Shown here in pieces: positions 41,153 through 56,200 of a stretch of 64,000 bases of DNA (positions within the stretch are counted from its first letter, which is position 1; each line of letters begins with the position of its first letter). A model generated the notes under the pieces. It saw only the letters and a list, made by a program, of their open reading frames with translations, was not told where the DNA came from and ran no database searches. Source of the stretch: Octopus sinensis (Eukaryota). Location: NCBI RefSeq assembly GCF_006345805.1, contig NC_042997.1, positions 100,378,001 to 100,442,000 on the forward strand, read 5' to 3'. The position numbers and the translations under genes are program-made.

Positions 41153-44100
41153 ATATATATATATATCAGCTTCAGAATCTAAGCTATTAATGGGGAAGGA
41201 AGCCAAGTATATCTTCTCTGAGGGCAGTCAACAGATTGTGAAACAGTCCATTATCAGACTCCCCTACATGTTTTTACTGCATATTGAGAATATAGAAAAA
41301 GTGTGTTTGCATTCTTCTTATATCACTCATAACCACGCTTCATAATAACAAGTTATTTTCAGTTCTTCTGATTCACACTGTTGTGTATTAAATATATATT
41401 GTTTATTATTGTTCATATTTTTCTTATTCTCAGCATGGTATGTCTTTACCAACAAAGATTAAAGAAGGCAATCCACAATTATTGCAGACTCACTGATGGT
41501 TGACGAAGTCACAAGGGGACAGTTGGACCTGGTTGCAGTGGCTACAAGAGAAAGCAGTTCCAGTTTAATGTCACTACATTTCAGATCTTCCCTCTTTGCC
41601 TTTTGTCTTCAAGACCAACCCTGCATGCATTCTCAAAGGAGGCAAAAAACTGCTGAATAGTTTGCCATAAGGCCTTGCAATACAAAGCTTGAGAAGACAA
41701 ACTGGTAATAGTCAATGTGACAAGCTCCAAAAGGATTTCTTCAGAGAACTCTTGCATTTCTTCTTTGGTGGTGCACTTTTGTCATGATAGTTAATGGAGA
41801 GCTCACAATATTGTACAATCTTGGGTAAGCAATGATACTCCATTTTGAAAATGTGCTCTGCCCAACACAGCTACATCATTAACAGCATAGCCTAGATGCT
41901 GGTGACATTTGCCATTTTGCATTTTGAAGACTTTCACTCTTTAGGGTTTAAAGAGATCCTATCTGGCCCAGATATTCTACCTGTTTTATATTCAAACTGG
42001 CCAGATCTTACATTTACCCTACAATGTCTTTCTGAAAATAAAATAAACAATCACATCTGGCCTTTCATGCCTGCCCTATATTGTTATTTTAAAACTAAAC
42101 AATCACATCACTGAAATCTTAAAGCTACAAAAGATTGCATGGTTAATTCAAAACAATGAAAACAAATAAACACTACATTTGACAGAGTAAATCTGAATGC
42201 TATTGAGATCAAGGTGAAATTTATGACAAATTTATACCAAATTTATAACGATTTCATTTAATAATTAAAGACCAAATTTATGACAATGAATTTAATAATC
42301 AAAGACCATGTCAATTTAATGTATCATCATTAGCACCACCTAAGCAAATGATGGGGACATTGTTGATTTTCATCAGTGAACAAAGGCCCAGTTATTCAGT
42401 CATTATGTGATGAAACAAGAAAAGGCTAGCAACAGGAAGTGCATCCATTAGTAGGAAATCTGCCTCAAACAGGTTTCATTTGACCCATGAAAAGCCATCA
42501 TCATCAATTAGCACAGCTTTCCATGCTGGCATGGGTTAGACAGTTTAACTGAAACTGGTAAGCTGAAAAGCTGCACCAGATTCCAATTTAATTTGCATGG
42601 TTTCTACAGCTGGATGCCCTTCCTAATGCAAACCACTCCAACAGTGTAATTGGTACTTTTTACATGTCACCAGCATGGATGCCAGATATGTGGACGTTAA
42701 AATGATGATGTTGATGAAGTGCTCTCTCTCTCTCTCTCACACACACACACAAAGAAAAATACAAACTTACCGAAAATCGCCAGACGTTTTCCGCTTGAAG
42801 GCTCCTGGGGCATTAGGAATATTTTCACTGACTGCTATTATCTCAAAACCAACAGCATATTGCCTGAATAATTCAAATGTATATGTATTTTGCATTGATA
42901 TAAGTGTTGATGTCATGCAAGTATATATATTACAAAAAAATAATGACTAGACATTTTAAAAGAAAATACCAGTGAACTTTGTGCAAGAAATAAAGCTTTA
43001 GCAAATGCTATAAATTATGTATACAACAAAATAAACTGTTTGGTTTGATTCCACATTAGAGTAATTAGTACTAGAAAATGTGACAAAAATATTATCTTCC
43101 CTCAGCTTACTAGCTCATGGGGCTGGAACTAATACAGATTTTCAAGGCACTTAAGCTGAGAATATAAGACACCTTACTAAATGGGAAGTTGGTCCATTGC
43201 AGGGTTAAGCCCAAGTGCTGCTAGTACTTTATTTTCAACTGAGTCTACAGTAGCAATATGAAATGAAGTGTCTTGCTCAAGGACACGGTGTGTCACAACG
43301 TCTGAGAATGGAACTCATCAATATGGGTTCAACACCATAACCATTTGGTCATATAATTAGGAAAAGTAAACCTTCAATTTAATTAGATATACTCTGAATA
43401 AACTACCCTTTCCTATAGTAAGAAGGAACCTCTATACTGTTGTTTGGCTTGCTAGAAATAATAAATGAATCTCCTTCACATCACACCTAACCATCTTTAA
43501 AAAAAAAGGACACATTTGGAAATGTAGTTCTAGTTATACAAAAAGACAGGATGGCCATGGCTAGTATGCCTTTCATCATAACTTTGCTTTGGAGTTAGAG
43601 TGAAAACAATATGTTAAATAGTAATTAAACAGGCTTGTCTAATCCTTGTTTGAAAAAAAAGTGCAGAAGGAAAAAAACTGCATAAAAATATATTTCAGGA
43701 TGATCATTTTTGTCCTAGCCAAATAAACACACACACATTCATTCTCCACTTGTTTATTATTGTTCTTATTTTATGTCTATTGTATGCAAACCTTTCATCA
43801 CACACCTGTGACCTCTTCATCAACTCTCCATCCAATGTCTTCTCAAGAGACCTCTTTAGAGACTCTCCATCCCATGTGTCTCCTCAAGAAGACATGAGGG
43901 ATGAAAAGCCACTAATGAGGTCACATGTGTGTGACAAAAAATTTCTAGACAATGGACATAAATTATGAACAATGATAAACAAGTAAAGAATGAATATATA
44001 GAGTGTGCGTTTATTTGGCAAGAAAAGACAAAAAAGACCATCCTAAAATATAACAATATCTGTTTCAACACACGATTTCATATCAGGAATCTTGCAAAAC

Positions 44101-45056
44101 AAATTCATAAATGTAACAGAATGAATGTTTATTTAAATATTATTGGACTTAGTATGGCTATAAACATTTGATGGTATTACCAATATGAAAAGTTAAATAA
44201 TTTAATGATCTAACCTCTGAGGCTATCCCAATTTAACATTGGTTGAAACAAAATTGAATTTCTGGTAGTAATCTATATAAATATATGATAAATTTTTCAC
44301 TTATTTACTAAGAAGGAAAGTAATTGGGTCAATGGGTTGTTCACAAACTTTCTAAGACAGTGAATGTGTACTCTTCTTTGCTGTCACGTCTCATGAATGA
44401 ACCTTTTTTCAACTGAATAGTGACTGGTGATAAGAAATGTGTTCTCTATAAAAATGTCAAGCGCCAATGACAGTGAGTAGGGAGAGGAGAAACCCTGGCA
44501 CCCCAGGCTAAAGAAAGTCTTCACCCATGTTAGGTGTTATCTGTTTGGTGGGATATGAAAGGTTTAGTACATTTTGAACTTTTAAACCCAAACCAAATGA
44601 TAATAAAGGCTATCTACTGCAAGCAGCTTGAGCAGCTTAAGTCAGCGCTAGAAGAATAATGACAGTCTCTGATTTCAAGATGAAAGGTGTTCTTCCATCA
44701 GCCACATATAGCGAGGATGACATTCCAAAGGCTGGAGCAACTTGAATGGAAAACAATGCCCCACCCATCATATTCTCCGGACATTGCCCCATCTGATTAC
44801 CATTTGTTTCACAATCTTCAAAATCATTTGGACAGAAAATATATGATTTCTGTAGACAAGGTCAGAACAGTACTTGAGGAGTATTTTTCATCATGGACAA
44901 TGAATTTTGGAAGAGGGTTCTTGCAAGTCTACCAGACAGATGGAAGAGTATTGTAGAAAATGAAGGAGAGTATATTTTAGATTAAAAAAGAACTTTGTTC
45001 ATTTTAATTTTCAAAAATAAAAGAAGTATAAAAGAACTGCATTATTTATGGGATGA

Positions 45057-45097
<41 letters not shown>

Positions 45098-48000
45098 ACA
45101 ACATTCTTTTTGTTTCTCTATTACCCACAAGGGGCTAAACATAGAGGGGACAAACAAGGACAGTCTTTAATGTCCATTTCCCATGGGTTGAATGGTTTAA
45201 CCAGAGCTGGCAAGCTGCACCAGGTTCCAGTCTGATTTGGTTGTTTCTACAGTTGGATGCATTTCCTAATGCTAACTACTTTACAGTGTGTGCTGAGTGC
45301 TTTTAACATGCCAGCTTGGTCTACACAATCTATTTTCCATGTGTCTAAAGACTAATCTATAAAGCATAATTTTACTACTTTTTTTACTAGTTTTCTTCAC
45401 CATTCCTTTATTTCTAATGTAACTTTCTACTATTAATCCCTCACTCTAGATATTTATTTTTTTCCTCTCACTATTCTTCAACTGAAAACCTCTCCAAATC
45501 CCCCCTCTAATACACTCCACAAAATCATTCAAAATCTTTGAACTTCTTTCCTTTAAAACCTCAAATGTCAGATCTCTTCCCTGAAGACGGAGGCTTATCT
45601 CATCCTATGATGGAATCAATCTACAAACATTATTTTGGACCACAGAGCCCCCAGAAATGGCTGTTGGATTTGTGATACTTTTCTTCAACCCCTTTAATTC
45701 TCTATATCATTTGTATTCTGTGTAAGTCAGACCTTTTTGTATGTAAACATATATACATTTTTTGAATTTCATGTATTTAATGTACATTATATATTGATCT
45801 AACTTGCTTATTCCTACATTTACTTCTATACCCTCACAAGTTTAAATTTATTTTTAACAGTGGAATTCAAAGAAGATAAAGATATAAATAATAGCTGGGT
45901 TAAAAAGCCCTCAATTTTAGCCATTTTATTTTATATGATAAGTATCAACACTTACTTTGGTCCCATCAACTCAATCAAAATATTATTATCACTGAGGTGA
46001 TTGTCAATATTTATCTGGTAAATAGGGTTATATTTATGCGTTTCTGGATAATTAGCACAACCTCCAGCACTTATTCCTGTCCAGTGTCCTGTGACCTGGT
46101 CAAGGAAGAAAAAGGTAAAACTTAAAAATCAAGAGATTAAAAAAAGAAGTCAAATTTTTAACAATTGTTTTCCATGACTGCACAAAAACTTGTAAATTCA
46201 GATAATTCCACATCTACTGAATTGATGTGAAGTGGCATGACACTATATTTTCCAGTAAAGAAGTAAAATTTTTCAGATCAAAATTTATACCCCAAAACAG
46301 CAGGTCAACCTATGCACCAAGAAAGCTTTGGAGAACCAGGAATTGCATGTGAAATGCAGAGGATTTGGAAAGATAGTGACAATATTTGAATGTTTACACT
46401 ACATGTTTACATTATACAGGTCAACTTGCATGCCTGAAAATACAGTATTACCAATAATTTTCAACAGGTGTGGCTGTGTGGTAAGAAGCTTGTTTCCAAC
46501 CACATGGTTCCAAGTTCAATGGCACCTTGGGCAAGCGTCTTCTACTATAGCCTTGGGCCTTATGATTGGATATGATAGACAGAAACTGAAAGAAGCCTGT
46601 CGTGTGTGTGTGTGTATATACACACACGCACGCACGCGCACACACACACACACACACACACATCTAAAACTGACACTCCATTCAAGATAACAGTTTTCTT
46701 GGATTATTGTTTGGTTTCTTTTAGATGTATAACTGCCACTGAAATTGGTTCAAGGTTATTATTAAAATATTGGTTTTAAATTTTGGCACAAGGCCAGCAA
46801 CTTCGGGGAGGCGGTAAGTCAATTATATCGACCCCCAAAAGGATGAAAAGCAAAGTTAACCTTGGCAGAATTTGAACTCAGAACAAAAGGAGGGATGAAA
46901 TGCCACTAAGCATTTTGTCTGGCGTGCTAACGATTTTGCCATCTTGCCATCTTGATTATTATTAAAATAATTCCTTTCTACTCTAGGCACAAGGTTAAAA
47001 ATTTGGGGGAAGGGGTCAGTCAATTAGATCGACCCCAATATACAACAGGTATTTATCAATCTCGAAAGGATGAAAGGCAAAGTCGACCTCAGTGGAATTT
47101 GAACTCAGAACATAAAGACAGACGAAATACAGCTAAGCATTTCGCCCAGCATGCTAACATATTATTAAAATATTGACATAATGAAAACTGGATGTTGAAT
47201 GATGAAGATAAATTTTTTAAAAAGCTGATACCAAGAACTTACTTTTCTGCCATATTCTTTTTTGTAGAGGTCCACAATGCTTGTGAGAGTGAACTCAGAA
47301 TTAGCATAAACACGTAAAGTATAATAGATAGAATTATTCTTTTCATACTGTGAAACAATCAAAGTGTATGAATTAACTCCAGGTTCCTCATCCAGCTTAC
47401 ATAAATAGTGAGGGCTGTTGATTCTTACCCCATCAATATAAGGTGGTGGGTCATCTGAAAATAAAAGAAAAAAGTAGTAAAATGTAGAGAATGAAAAAAT
47501 TAAAGAAGGAGAGGAATTTGGACTGGAATAAGCACAATTTCCATTAAAATTTTTGTATTTTTGCTTTGTGAGTTTTGTAATTATATAAATTTTAAAGATG
47601 AATGGCAAAAACAAAATATATTCAAATCTGCTCATGATTAATCACACTAACTTATTCTATTATAATTAAAATATAAAGCTAAAATAAGAAGGGCTTATGA
47701 AAATGTACAAGAAAAATGTATATGATAAAAATTTTGTATATGATAAAAATTTTAACATTTCATTTTATTTACATTATTTGTCCTCATTTTAATAATAATA
47801 ATAATAATAATAATAATTGTGTACAGTGCTCAGGTGCACTACAACTCATCTAAAGTGTATATATAATCAGGTGTAGTTTCGACGGATTTCGGGAAGCATG
47901 AGGGCCTTAAAGGATGCAGTGTCATGGCAGTCAACAACTGATGCAGGCAGTTTATTCCACGCTTCAGCAACCCTGAGCATGAAAAAATGTTTCCGAAAGT

Positions 48001-48709
48001 CATGGGAGCTGTGCTGTTTTCTGACTTTGTAGGCATGTCCACGTGTGTTAGACACATGGAGATCAAAAAGGTGTTCAGTGTTGTTGTTGGTGAGGTGGTT
48101 GATAACCTTGTGGGTGTTTACCAAGTCCGTCGCCAGACGCCGGAGCTTCAGTGAATCCATGCCCTAAAGCAACGTTTTGGCTGATATACCCTCCAGCCTC
48201 CATCAGGTGTCTTGGGGAAATTTCGAACCTGGGTTCTCATCCCTAAGGTATTTTTCAATGATCTTGTTGTTGTTGGTATCATCATCATCATTATTATCAT
48301 TATTCTTATTATTCAGGTCATGCCTGGAATCGATCTTGGAATCTTGGCGTTAGTAGCCCGTGCTCTTAACCACTACGCCACATGCTCGTTGTAAAGCATG
48401 GACTATGACCATTTCATAGCAAAATGATACTTGTTACATAAGTTTATGAAATGGTCCCAGCCCATGCTTTACCTTGTCTATTCCTTACTTTTTTTGATTT
48501 TTATTTGCATTCTTAGCAGCTTTAGTTGCTAAACCATGAGCCATATGGTAACTGTCAGATTATCGAAATACCTTTTAATTTCAATATGGGAAGAAACGTT
48601 TTAATAAACATGTTTTATAGAATATTGTCCACTTTTTGTCATCTGTACAACTGCATAAATGTTTGAAGCTTACTAACTTCCTGTACTTGGATCTCTGGAT
48701 CACATGTAC

Positions 48710-48756
<47 letters not shown>

Positions 48757-48757
48757 T

Positions 48758-48800
<43 letters not shown>

Positions 48801-49755
48801 GTATGTATATATGCATATGTATGTTATTTTTGTGCATTTCTATGCGTTTGTACACCTCACCACCACTTAACAACTGGTCTTTGTTTGTTTACATCCCCCA
48901 GTAACTTAGTGGTTCAGGAAAAGTGACCAATAAAATAAGTACCAAGTTTTAAAAAAAAGTAAGTACTGGGATTGATTTATTTGACTAGAAACCCTTCGAG
49001 GCCGTGCTCCAGCAAGGCCCCAGTCCAATGACTGAAACAATTAAAAAATACAATTAATAGAAAGATAAGAGAATACAATCTGATAGATAGATAGATAATA
49101 CTTACATGGATAGAAAACTCTCTTCCCATCACTCTTGTATACTAATAGTGTAATAAATTCACGGTTGTTTGCAAAGTCATCCTAACAAGAAGAGAAAAAA
49201 TAACTTTGGATAAAACAAGATGCACAATGACTGTAAAGCTATAGTATTTATTAAAAGAAACTGTTGTGGAGTTAAAAATGTTGGACTAAGTTCAAATACT
49301 ACTATTGCCATTAAACTATACCCTAGGTAACACATTGTTGTGTGTGTGTATGCTACTAAAGTAACTGAGGGCACTAGTATTGCTAGAAATAAGAGTTAAA
49401 ACAACTCAGTCACGAGAACTCTTATTTCAAGCAATACTGGTGTTGACTAGTGCCATCAGTCACTTTAGCGATGTATATATTTCTGCCTTTCAGTTGTAAA
49501 ATTGCAAACAAGCCAACCTTATTATATATACATATATCACATAACCACATACATGCATTGTAATATTTGTTTATTTACACGTGCACACACACACACACTC
49601 ATATAATATATCCACTGCATCGGAAATCTGCAATGGCTCCATAACTAACCTTGGAGCCCTAATAATCCATTACAGCACTTACCTAGTGTACCTAATCGTT
49701 TAAGATCACCTGTGGACTAAAACCCACACCTTGTATATATATATATATATATAAT

Positions 49756-49801
<46 letters not shown>

Positions 49802-52800
49802 GGTATATATATATATATATATATATACTGCTTGCTGTGTTTATATTTTGATGCGACTCTCTGTACTGTTCTCTCTCTCCCCTTTCATTTCCTCTCTCAT
49901 CCTTTCTTTAATTCTTTTCCTCTTCCCTTCACCATTCTGTCCCTCTCTCTTTCTCATTTTTCTTCCTTTACTCTCTCTGACAACTGATGAAGGGCCATTC
50001 TTTACGTTACTAGTCTTGTTTTCCATTTATTTCTTTCGTTGTTCGCAAAAAAAGTTTGTATTCCATGATTTCGTATTTCATGTTGTTTACGTTTTATGAC
50101 GTCCTGTACCCATATATGCATATGTATATACATATATATGTAAGTATGTACATATATGTATGTATATATGCATATATATGTGTGCGCACGCATGTGTGTG
50201 TGTGTGTGGTATGTGTGCATGTGTACCAATCTAATTTCATGGCTGATTGATTAGCATTAGGAAGGTCATTAAACTGTAATAAAATTTCTTCAAGAAAGAG
50301 TCATAAATTTAAATGAGTTTAATTGATTAAAATGTTCTGAAGCAGAAAAGTAAAAACTTTTTATTGTAAATGGCGGACAGCCAAGCTTCAATGAAAGCGT
50401 AGCATAGTTTACCTAGACCAGAAGTAGCAATGCTGTGTGATTGAGAAATTTGCTTCCCAACCACATGATTTTGGGTTCAGTTCCATTGCACAGCCCTTTG
50501 CACTGCTGTTTTTCTGCTCTAGCTTGTATGTGGATTTGGCAGACAGAAATTGAAAAGAAACTTGTCACATACATACATGTGTCTGTGTGTGTGTGTATCT
50601 ACATGTGTGTGCTTGTCTTTGTTTATATTTGCACTCATTTATTCAAATGTTGTTTGAGTGTTGTTGATGGCAACAATAAAACAATGTTTCAATACCATAT
50701 TGTTATAATCCATGCTAGTATGGAGAAATAGTCGTAAAAACAAATGAGATAAAAGTAGCATTCATTGGTGATTTAACCCTTTAGCATTTAAACTGGCCAT
50801 ATCCAGTCCAAATCTTCTCTCTCTTTTATGTCGAAACTGGCCAGATCTAGCCTCTCACACCTATCCTACAATGTCGTTCTAAAAAAATAAACAATCACTT
50901 CACTGCAATCTCAGAGCTACAAGATAATGCATGATTACATGAAAACAATTTGAATAGATAAGTATTACATCTGATAAAGTAATTTGAATGCTAAAGGGTT
51001 AAAAATTCCAATATTTTGAGATTCTTGCTCAGTGATGATGAAATTTGACAAGTTGAGCCATGATTCTCATCTTCAATAATCAAATTGTTGCAGGATTATT
51101 CTTGCATCAATGTGGTCATTTTGTTATAATTAATGAATGAAAAAGAGAATGTACCAAAGCTGATTGAAACGGCCTTAGGAAGTACCCTGAACAGAAAAAG
51201 AAGTGAAAGTCAAGGAAACATCATAAGTATGACATGCTTTTCAATCTTTGGTTTACATTCTGAAGGAATAGATGTTTGTCAACTGGAGGAAATAATGGAG
51301 TGCAATGCAAATTTGTACACAAATCTTGAAAACAGTTTTAGTAAGAGAGAGGTAAAATAGTATATAAATTTGGTTGTACATGTTATCCTATGTGAAGGCA
51401 CATGGCTTAGTGGTTAGGGCATAGCACTCAAATTCATAAGAGATGGTTTCCGTTCCTGGACTTGAAGGTGCACTGTGTTTTTGAGTAAAATACTTCATTT
51501 CAGATTGCTCCAGTTCACTCAACTGTAAATGAGTTTCCAACAATAGTTGGGAAATGAACCCTATGACACACTGCATCCCATTCAGTGAGAGTGTTGTAAT
51601 ATCAATCACTTACACAACATGGGAACTGGGTTAAGTTCCAGCCTTATGAGTCCTTGGGCTCATGACAAACCTCCTACTTAAGCTAAAGAAACATGCAAAT
51701 CTACTGCAAAGTATATCAAACCTTAAAAAAAAAACAAGATAAGTTTAATATGGATAAACTACAGTTTATAATACCATTGTTGTGAAAAGTAAACAAATGT
51801 AAATACATCTTGTTGTTCTCTTTACACACATAAAACAAAGAAGTTTATCCTAAAATGTGTCATGGCTTATTGGCTACTCTTCAGAAGATAAGTAATCCCC
51901 ATTTTTCTGTTTCATGAAGATGACTTAATAGCAATTTTTATTTAAATCAAACAAATATCAAAACCCAGCTGAAATAATTTGCATATCCTGCATGTGTTAG
52001 CAGTGTAATTTAATAACAATTATTTTGTATTTTATAATAAGAGATACGACAGCATGTATTAAAAATCAAAGATAAATCTAATGTAGTTAGACTGCATGCA
52101 ATAATACATTTATAAACTGTCTACCTTAAATTCATTTAAAATTTTCTAATTCAGAGTGTTTATATATAAAATATATATTGAGTTTCAATTGAAAATATGA
52201 TAATATTTAAAGGAGAAAATATTTTATAGAGAGGAAGACCTTATCTGTAATATGCCGAGTTAATAGGATCCATAATGTAGATGGCTGAGTACTTTTAACT
52301 TCAAGATGATACTGTGGGTTGAAACTAATATTGTAGCTGTCTTTCTTTGGTCCCTCTCTGGCTTGCCAGGCACTGAAATGACCCAATAAATAAAAATGAC
52401 AGCAGTAATAATATCAAATATCAACAAAAGCAGCAGTAACAATAACAAATGCTACCCAAGTATTTTGAAGAATATGAAATAAAAAGATGAGATAATAGAG
52501 AATAAAAAGCAATAAATACTTTTAATTTGTAGTTATTGGATTGATACAGAATTTATAAAACAATGAAACAACCATGTTGAGTATAACTGTTGTATTAGAC
52601 ACTTAGATAATTTTATTATAATACAAAAGCTTTAGAAGGGAATTAACTTTGTATGCCCTGTTGATAGCTTTCCTGAATGCAATATCACATTAATGGATTG
52701 AAAATATTTACTCCACAGCTGATAAATCTCATGTGAGTAATAATATACAAATACTGAATGACAACAAATAATTTCATAGAATAGGAAAACTGCATCTTAG

Positions 52801-53213
52801 TACAGTAAACTCTCTTTTATGTGATACTCAAATAACCAAGTCTCTCAAGTAACCAGCACTCAGAAAACAAATAAAATAAAAATGTGTTATTAATTAGAGT
52901 CAAGATAATCTGTGCTAATTGTGTTAATTAAATGTCATTAAAAGAAAGGTAGTTTCTATTGTATCTAAAATGGATCACTGCTTCTCAAAGTACAGTACAG
53001 TATTTTATTTTACTGCATTCACAGTACTCTCTTTACTCTTTTACTCTTTTACTTGTTTCAGTCATTTGACTGCGGCCATGCTGGAGCACCGCCTTTAGTC
53101 GAGCAAATCGACCCCGGGACTTATTCTTTGTAAGCCTAGTACTTATTCTATTGGTTTCTTTTGCCGAACCGCTAAGTCAAGCAATGCTAGGGGGACAAAC
53201 ACATACATATATA

Positions 53214-53256
<43 letters not shown>

Positions 53257-56200
53257 TACGACAGGCTTCTTTCCGTCTACCAAATCCACTCACAAGGCAT
53301 TGGTCGGCCCGGAGCTATAGCAGAAGACACTTGCTCAAGATGCCACGCAGTGGGACTGAACCCGGAACCATGTGGTTGGTTAGCAAGCTACTTACCACAC
53401 AGCCACTCCTGCGCCTATAAAGTACCTCTACTTTATTAGGTTAATAAAACCTGTTCTTTACTTAAATTATACTTTTATTTCTTCCTATTTCCCTCATTTT
53501 CACTAGATTCAAAATATAAATAATAACACTGATGCATATATATATACAGTAATCCATCACCATATTGCAGTTTATTATTTAAGCTTACAGCGATTCATCC
53601 GTGGTGTTGTTTTGCATTTATAATAAAATAAATACATACAAATCATAACAATAAAAAAATATACAGTACTATTTCTACTTCGTGGATTTTCACCTATCGC
53701 GGAGGGATTTTGGAACATAGCACCCACAATAGTTGAGGGATTATTGTAGTTTTAATGAGTTTTGTACAGTGCTATGGTAATTAAAAGAATAATGATCAGA
53801 TATCTGGAAAATTCAGTCATCTGGCAACCGTCTGGTCCCAGTTGTGTTGGGTAGGTGGAAGTTTACTGTACAACTATCATAATACAAAACAAATAATGGA
53901 AACACAAAGCAACATGCTTACTCAAGTTATAAAAATTATTTCATATTAAAATGAAAAAGAAGGCCAAAATTATAAAAAGATAGCTTTTAAAAAAATATTG
54001 GCTTTACCTGTGTATACAAGTGGTATGCTTGAATAATTCTGGGTTCCAGTTGATGTGGATTACTTCATAAAAATGGCAAATAGATTCATAATCTATCCAA
54101 AATACTCCTGTAAAAATATTTCAAAAATTAATATTAGTTTTATCTTCCATTTTTCAGACCATGATTTGGTTTCAATGACAGAGGATATATTTATTCAAGC
54201 TGCACTGGCTCAGGAACGAAATTTGCTTAGGAGGTGCAGACTGAGGTCCAAAATTTTTAACAAAGTCTTACTGTTTTTTTTATTTATTTATTTATTTATT
54301 TTTTATGTTCTTTGAGAGAAAAAAAAACCTAACTTCTATCTACTTCTTACAGATAACTTTTTATGCACTGTTTTCTAAACCTTAAACCTGAGAAAATTAA
54401 GGGCGAAAATTTTGATTTTGCACCCCCTGCACCCACTATTCTTGGGCCCATGTCCAGCTGTGTAGATAATATATATTCTCTGAGAAGTATTTCAATACTG
54501 AATGAAATAGATATGGAATTAACTGAAAAGTTTTTTTTTTATTTTACCCTTTAGCATTTAAACCAGCCATATCCAGCTAAAATATTCTACTTGTTTTATG
54601 TTCAAACTGGCCAGATCTGGCCTCTCACACCAACCCTTCAATGTCATTCTAAAAATCTCAAAGCTACAAGGTAATGCATGATTAATTCAAAGCAATGTGA
54701 ATAAATGAGTATTACTTTTGGCAGAATAACGGGAATACTAAAGGGTTAATGTAATAGAACATTAGAATGGCCTATGAATAAGATAAGAGTTTCCAAGAAT
54801 GTGATATAACAAAGGAGGTTATACAAGCATAGTAACAATAAGAGAAACATCATGGAATCATAGGTGATGGAGTTTTGAGCTGCCAGGTTAATGGATATAA
54901 AATCCATGGTTCACATCCTATTATCAGAGCTATATAGTTTCGGATAAAAGTATTTAATTCTCAAAGGTTCAATTTAGCAGGCCTTTAAAAAAAAAACATA
55001 AGGAGAAAGGTACACTGTAAGTAGTAGAAGCATTTTGCAACTGAGAGGTGACACTCAGCAAAGCCTACATAAGACTGGTACCTAAGAGAGGAAGAGACAT
55101 ATTTCAACTAGTCCTAACTAAAAACCCAGATGAGATCAGGAAATTGTATTCTGCTGGTTCTATTGATTTTAATCATCATCATCATCATCATCATCGTTTA
55201 ACGTCCGTTTTCCATGCTAGCATGGGTTGGACGGTTCGACCGGGGTCTGGGAAGCCAGGAGGCTGCACCAGACTCCAGTCCGACCTGGCAGTGTTTGTAC
55301 AGCTGGATGCCCTTCTTAGCGCCATCCACTCCGTGAGTGTATGAGTGCTTTTTACGTGCCACCAACACAGGTGCCAGGGGAGGCTGGCAACGGCCACAAT
55401 CAGTTGGTGCTTTTTACGTGCCACTGGCACAGAAGCCAGTCAAGGCAGTGCTGGCATCAGCCACGCTCGGATGGTGCTCTTTACGCGCCACCAGCACAGG
55501 TATCACAACTACAATTTCCATTTGATTTTTATTTGATGTTGATGTACTTGACTCAATAGGTCTCCTCAAGCACAGCAGGTTGCCCTACAATCCTAGGATT
55601 AAAATCAATGCTGAGATTATTTACATGATTAAATGCATTTGCTCATACTGTATACTTGAATTCCAAGCCAGTCAACTTAAGACTCAACGAAGTGGTTTGT
55701 ACATTGGTTTCATAAACTATATAGGACATTCTACCTCCTGCTGTTTCCATGACAATACTGAGTTACACTAATCCTAACTATAAACTAAAATCTTCATCTT
55801 GGCAATATTCACAATTCTGTATTTTCATACTAATTTTGAATAATAATGATTTCTTGCTATCACAGATTAATAATGAACAGACGCCTTACCATTATCAAAG
55901 CTCTGGGCACTTTTAGGATCGTAGTTTAAAATACTTTGCATTTCTGGAGTCCAATGTTTAGTATCATGCTCAGAAAATCTTCCTTTCCACCTGAGATGAT
56001 TCCAAGGGTTTTTTAACATGAATAATTTTCGACCCTTTGAACAAAGAATAATATTTTTTTGTAATAATGTTCATGGATTTTGCATAAATGTTGTTTTTTA
56101 GCATATAGTTAAGATGAAAGCTTAAATGCAACAACGTAAATATCACATTAACAATATATCTAATTAAGGGTAGAAAAAGAGTAAAGACCCCCTTTAGTCA

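Larger units (their letters stand above)
52803..53868. mobile_element. Possible older Tigger-type element enclosing a SINE and a MITE
   Basis: TA|CAGTAAACT ... AGTTTACTG|TA; only 9 bp of TIR are identical. Confidence 0.45.

Noticed and set aside
48316-48388. tRNA gene
   Set aside because: A/B boxes are present but the acceptor stem is not complementary and it runs into repeat body; treated as a SINE head.
49975-50020. CTGATGAAGGG hammerhead-like start
   Set aside because: No GAAA or convincing stem II/III follows; at most an unrecognisable remnant.
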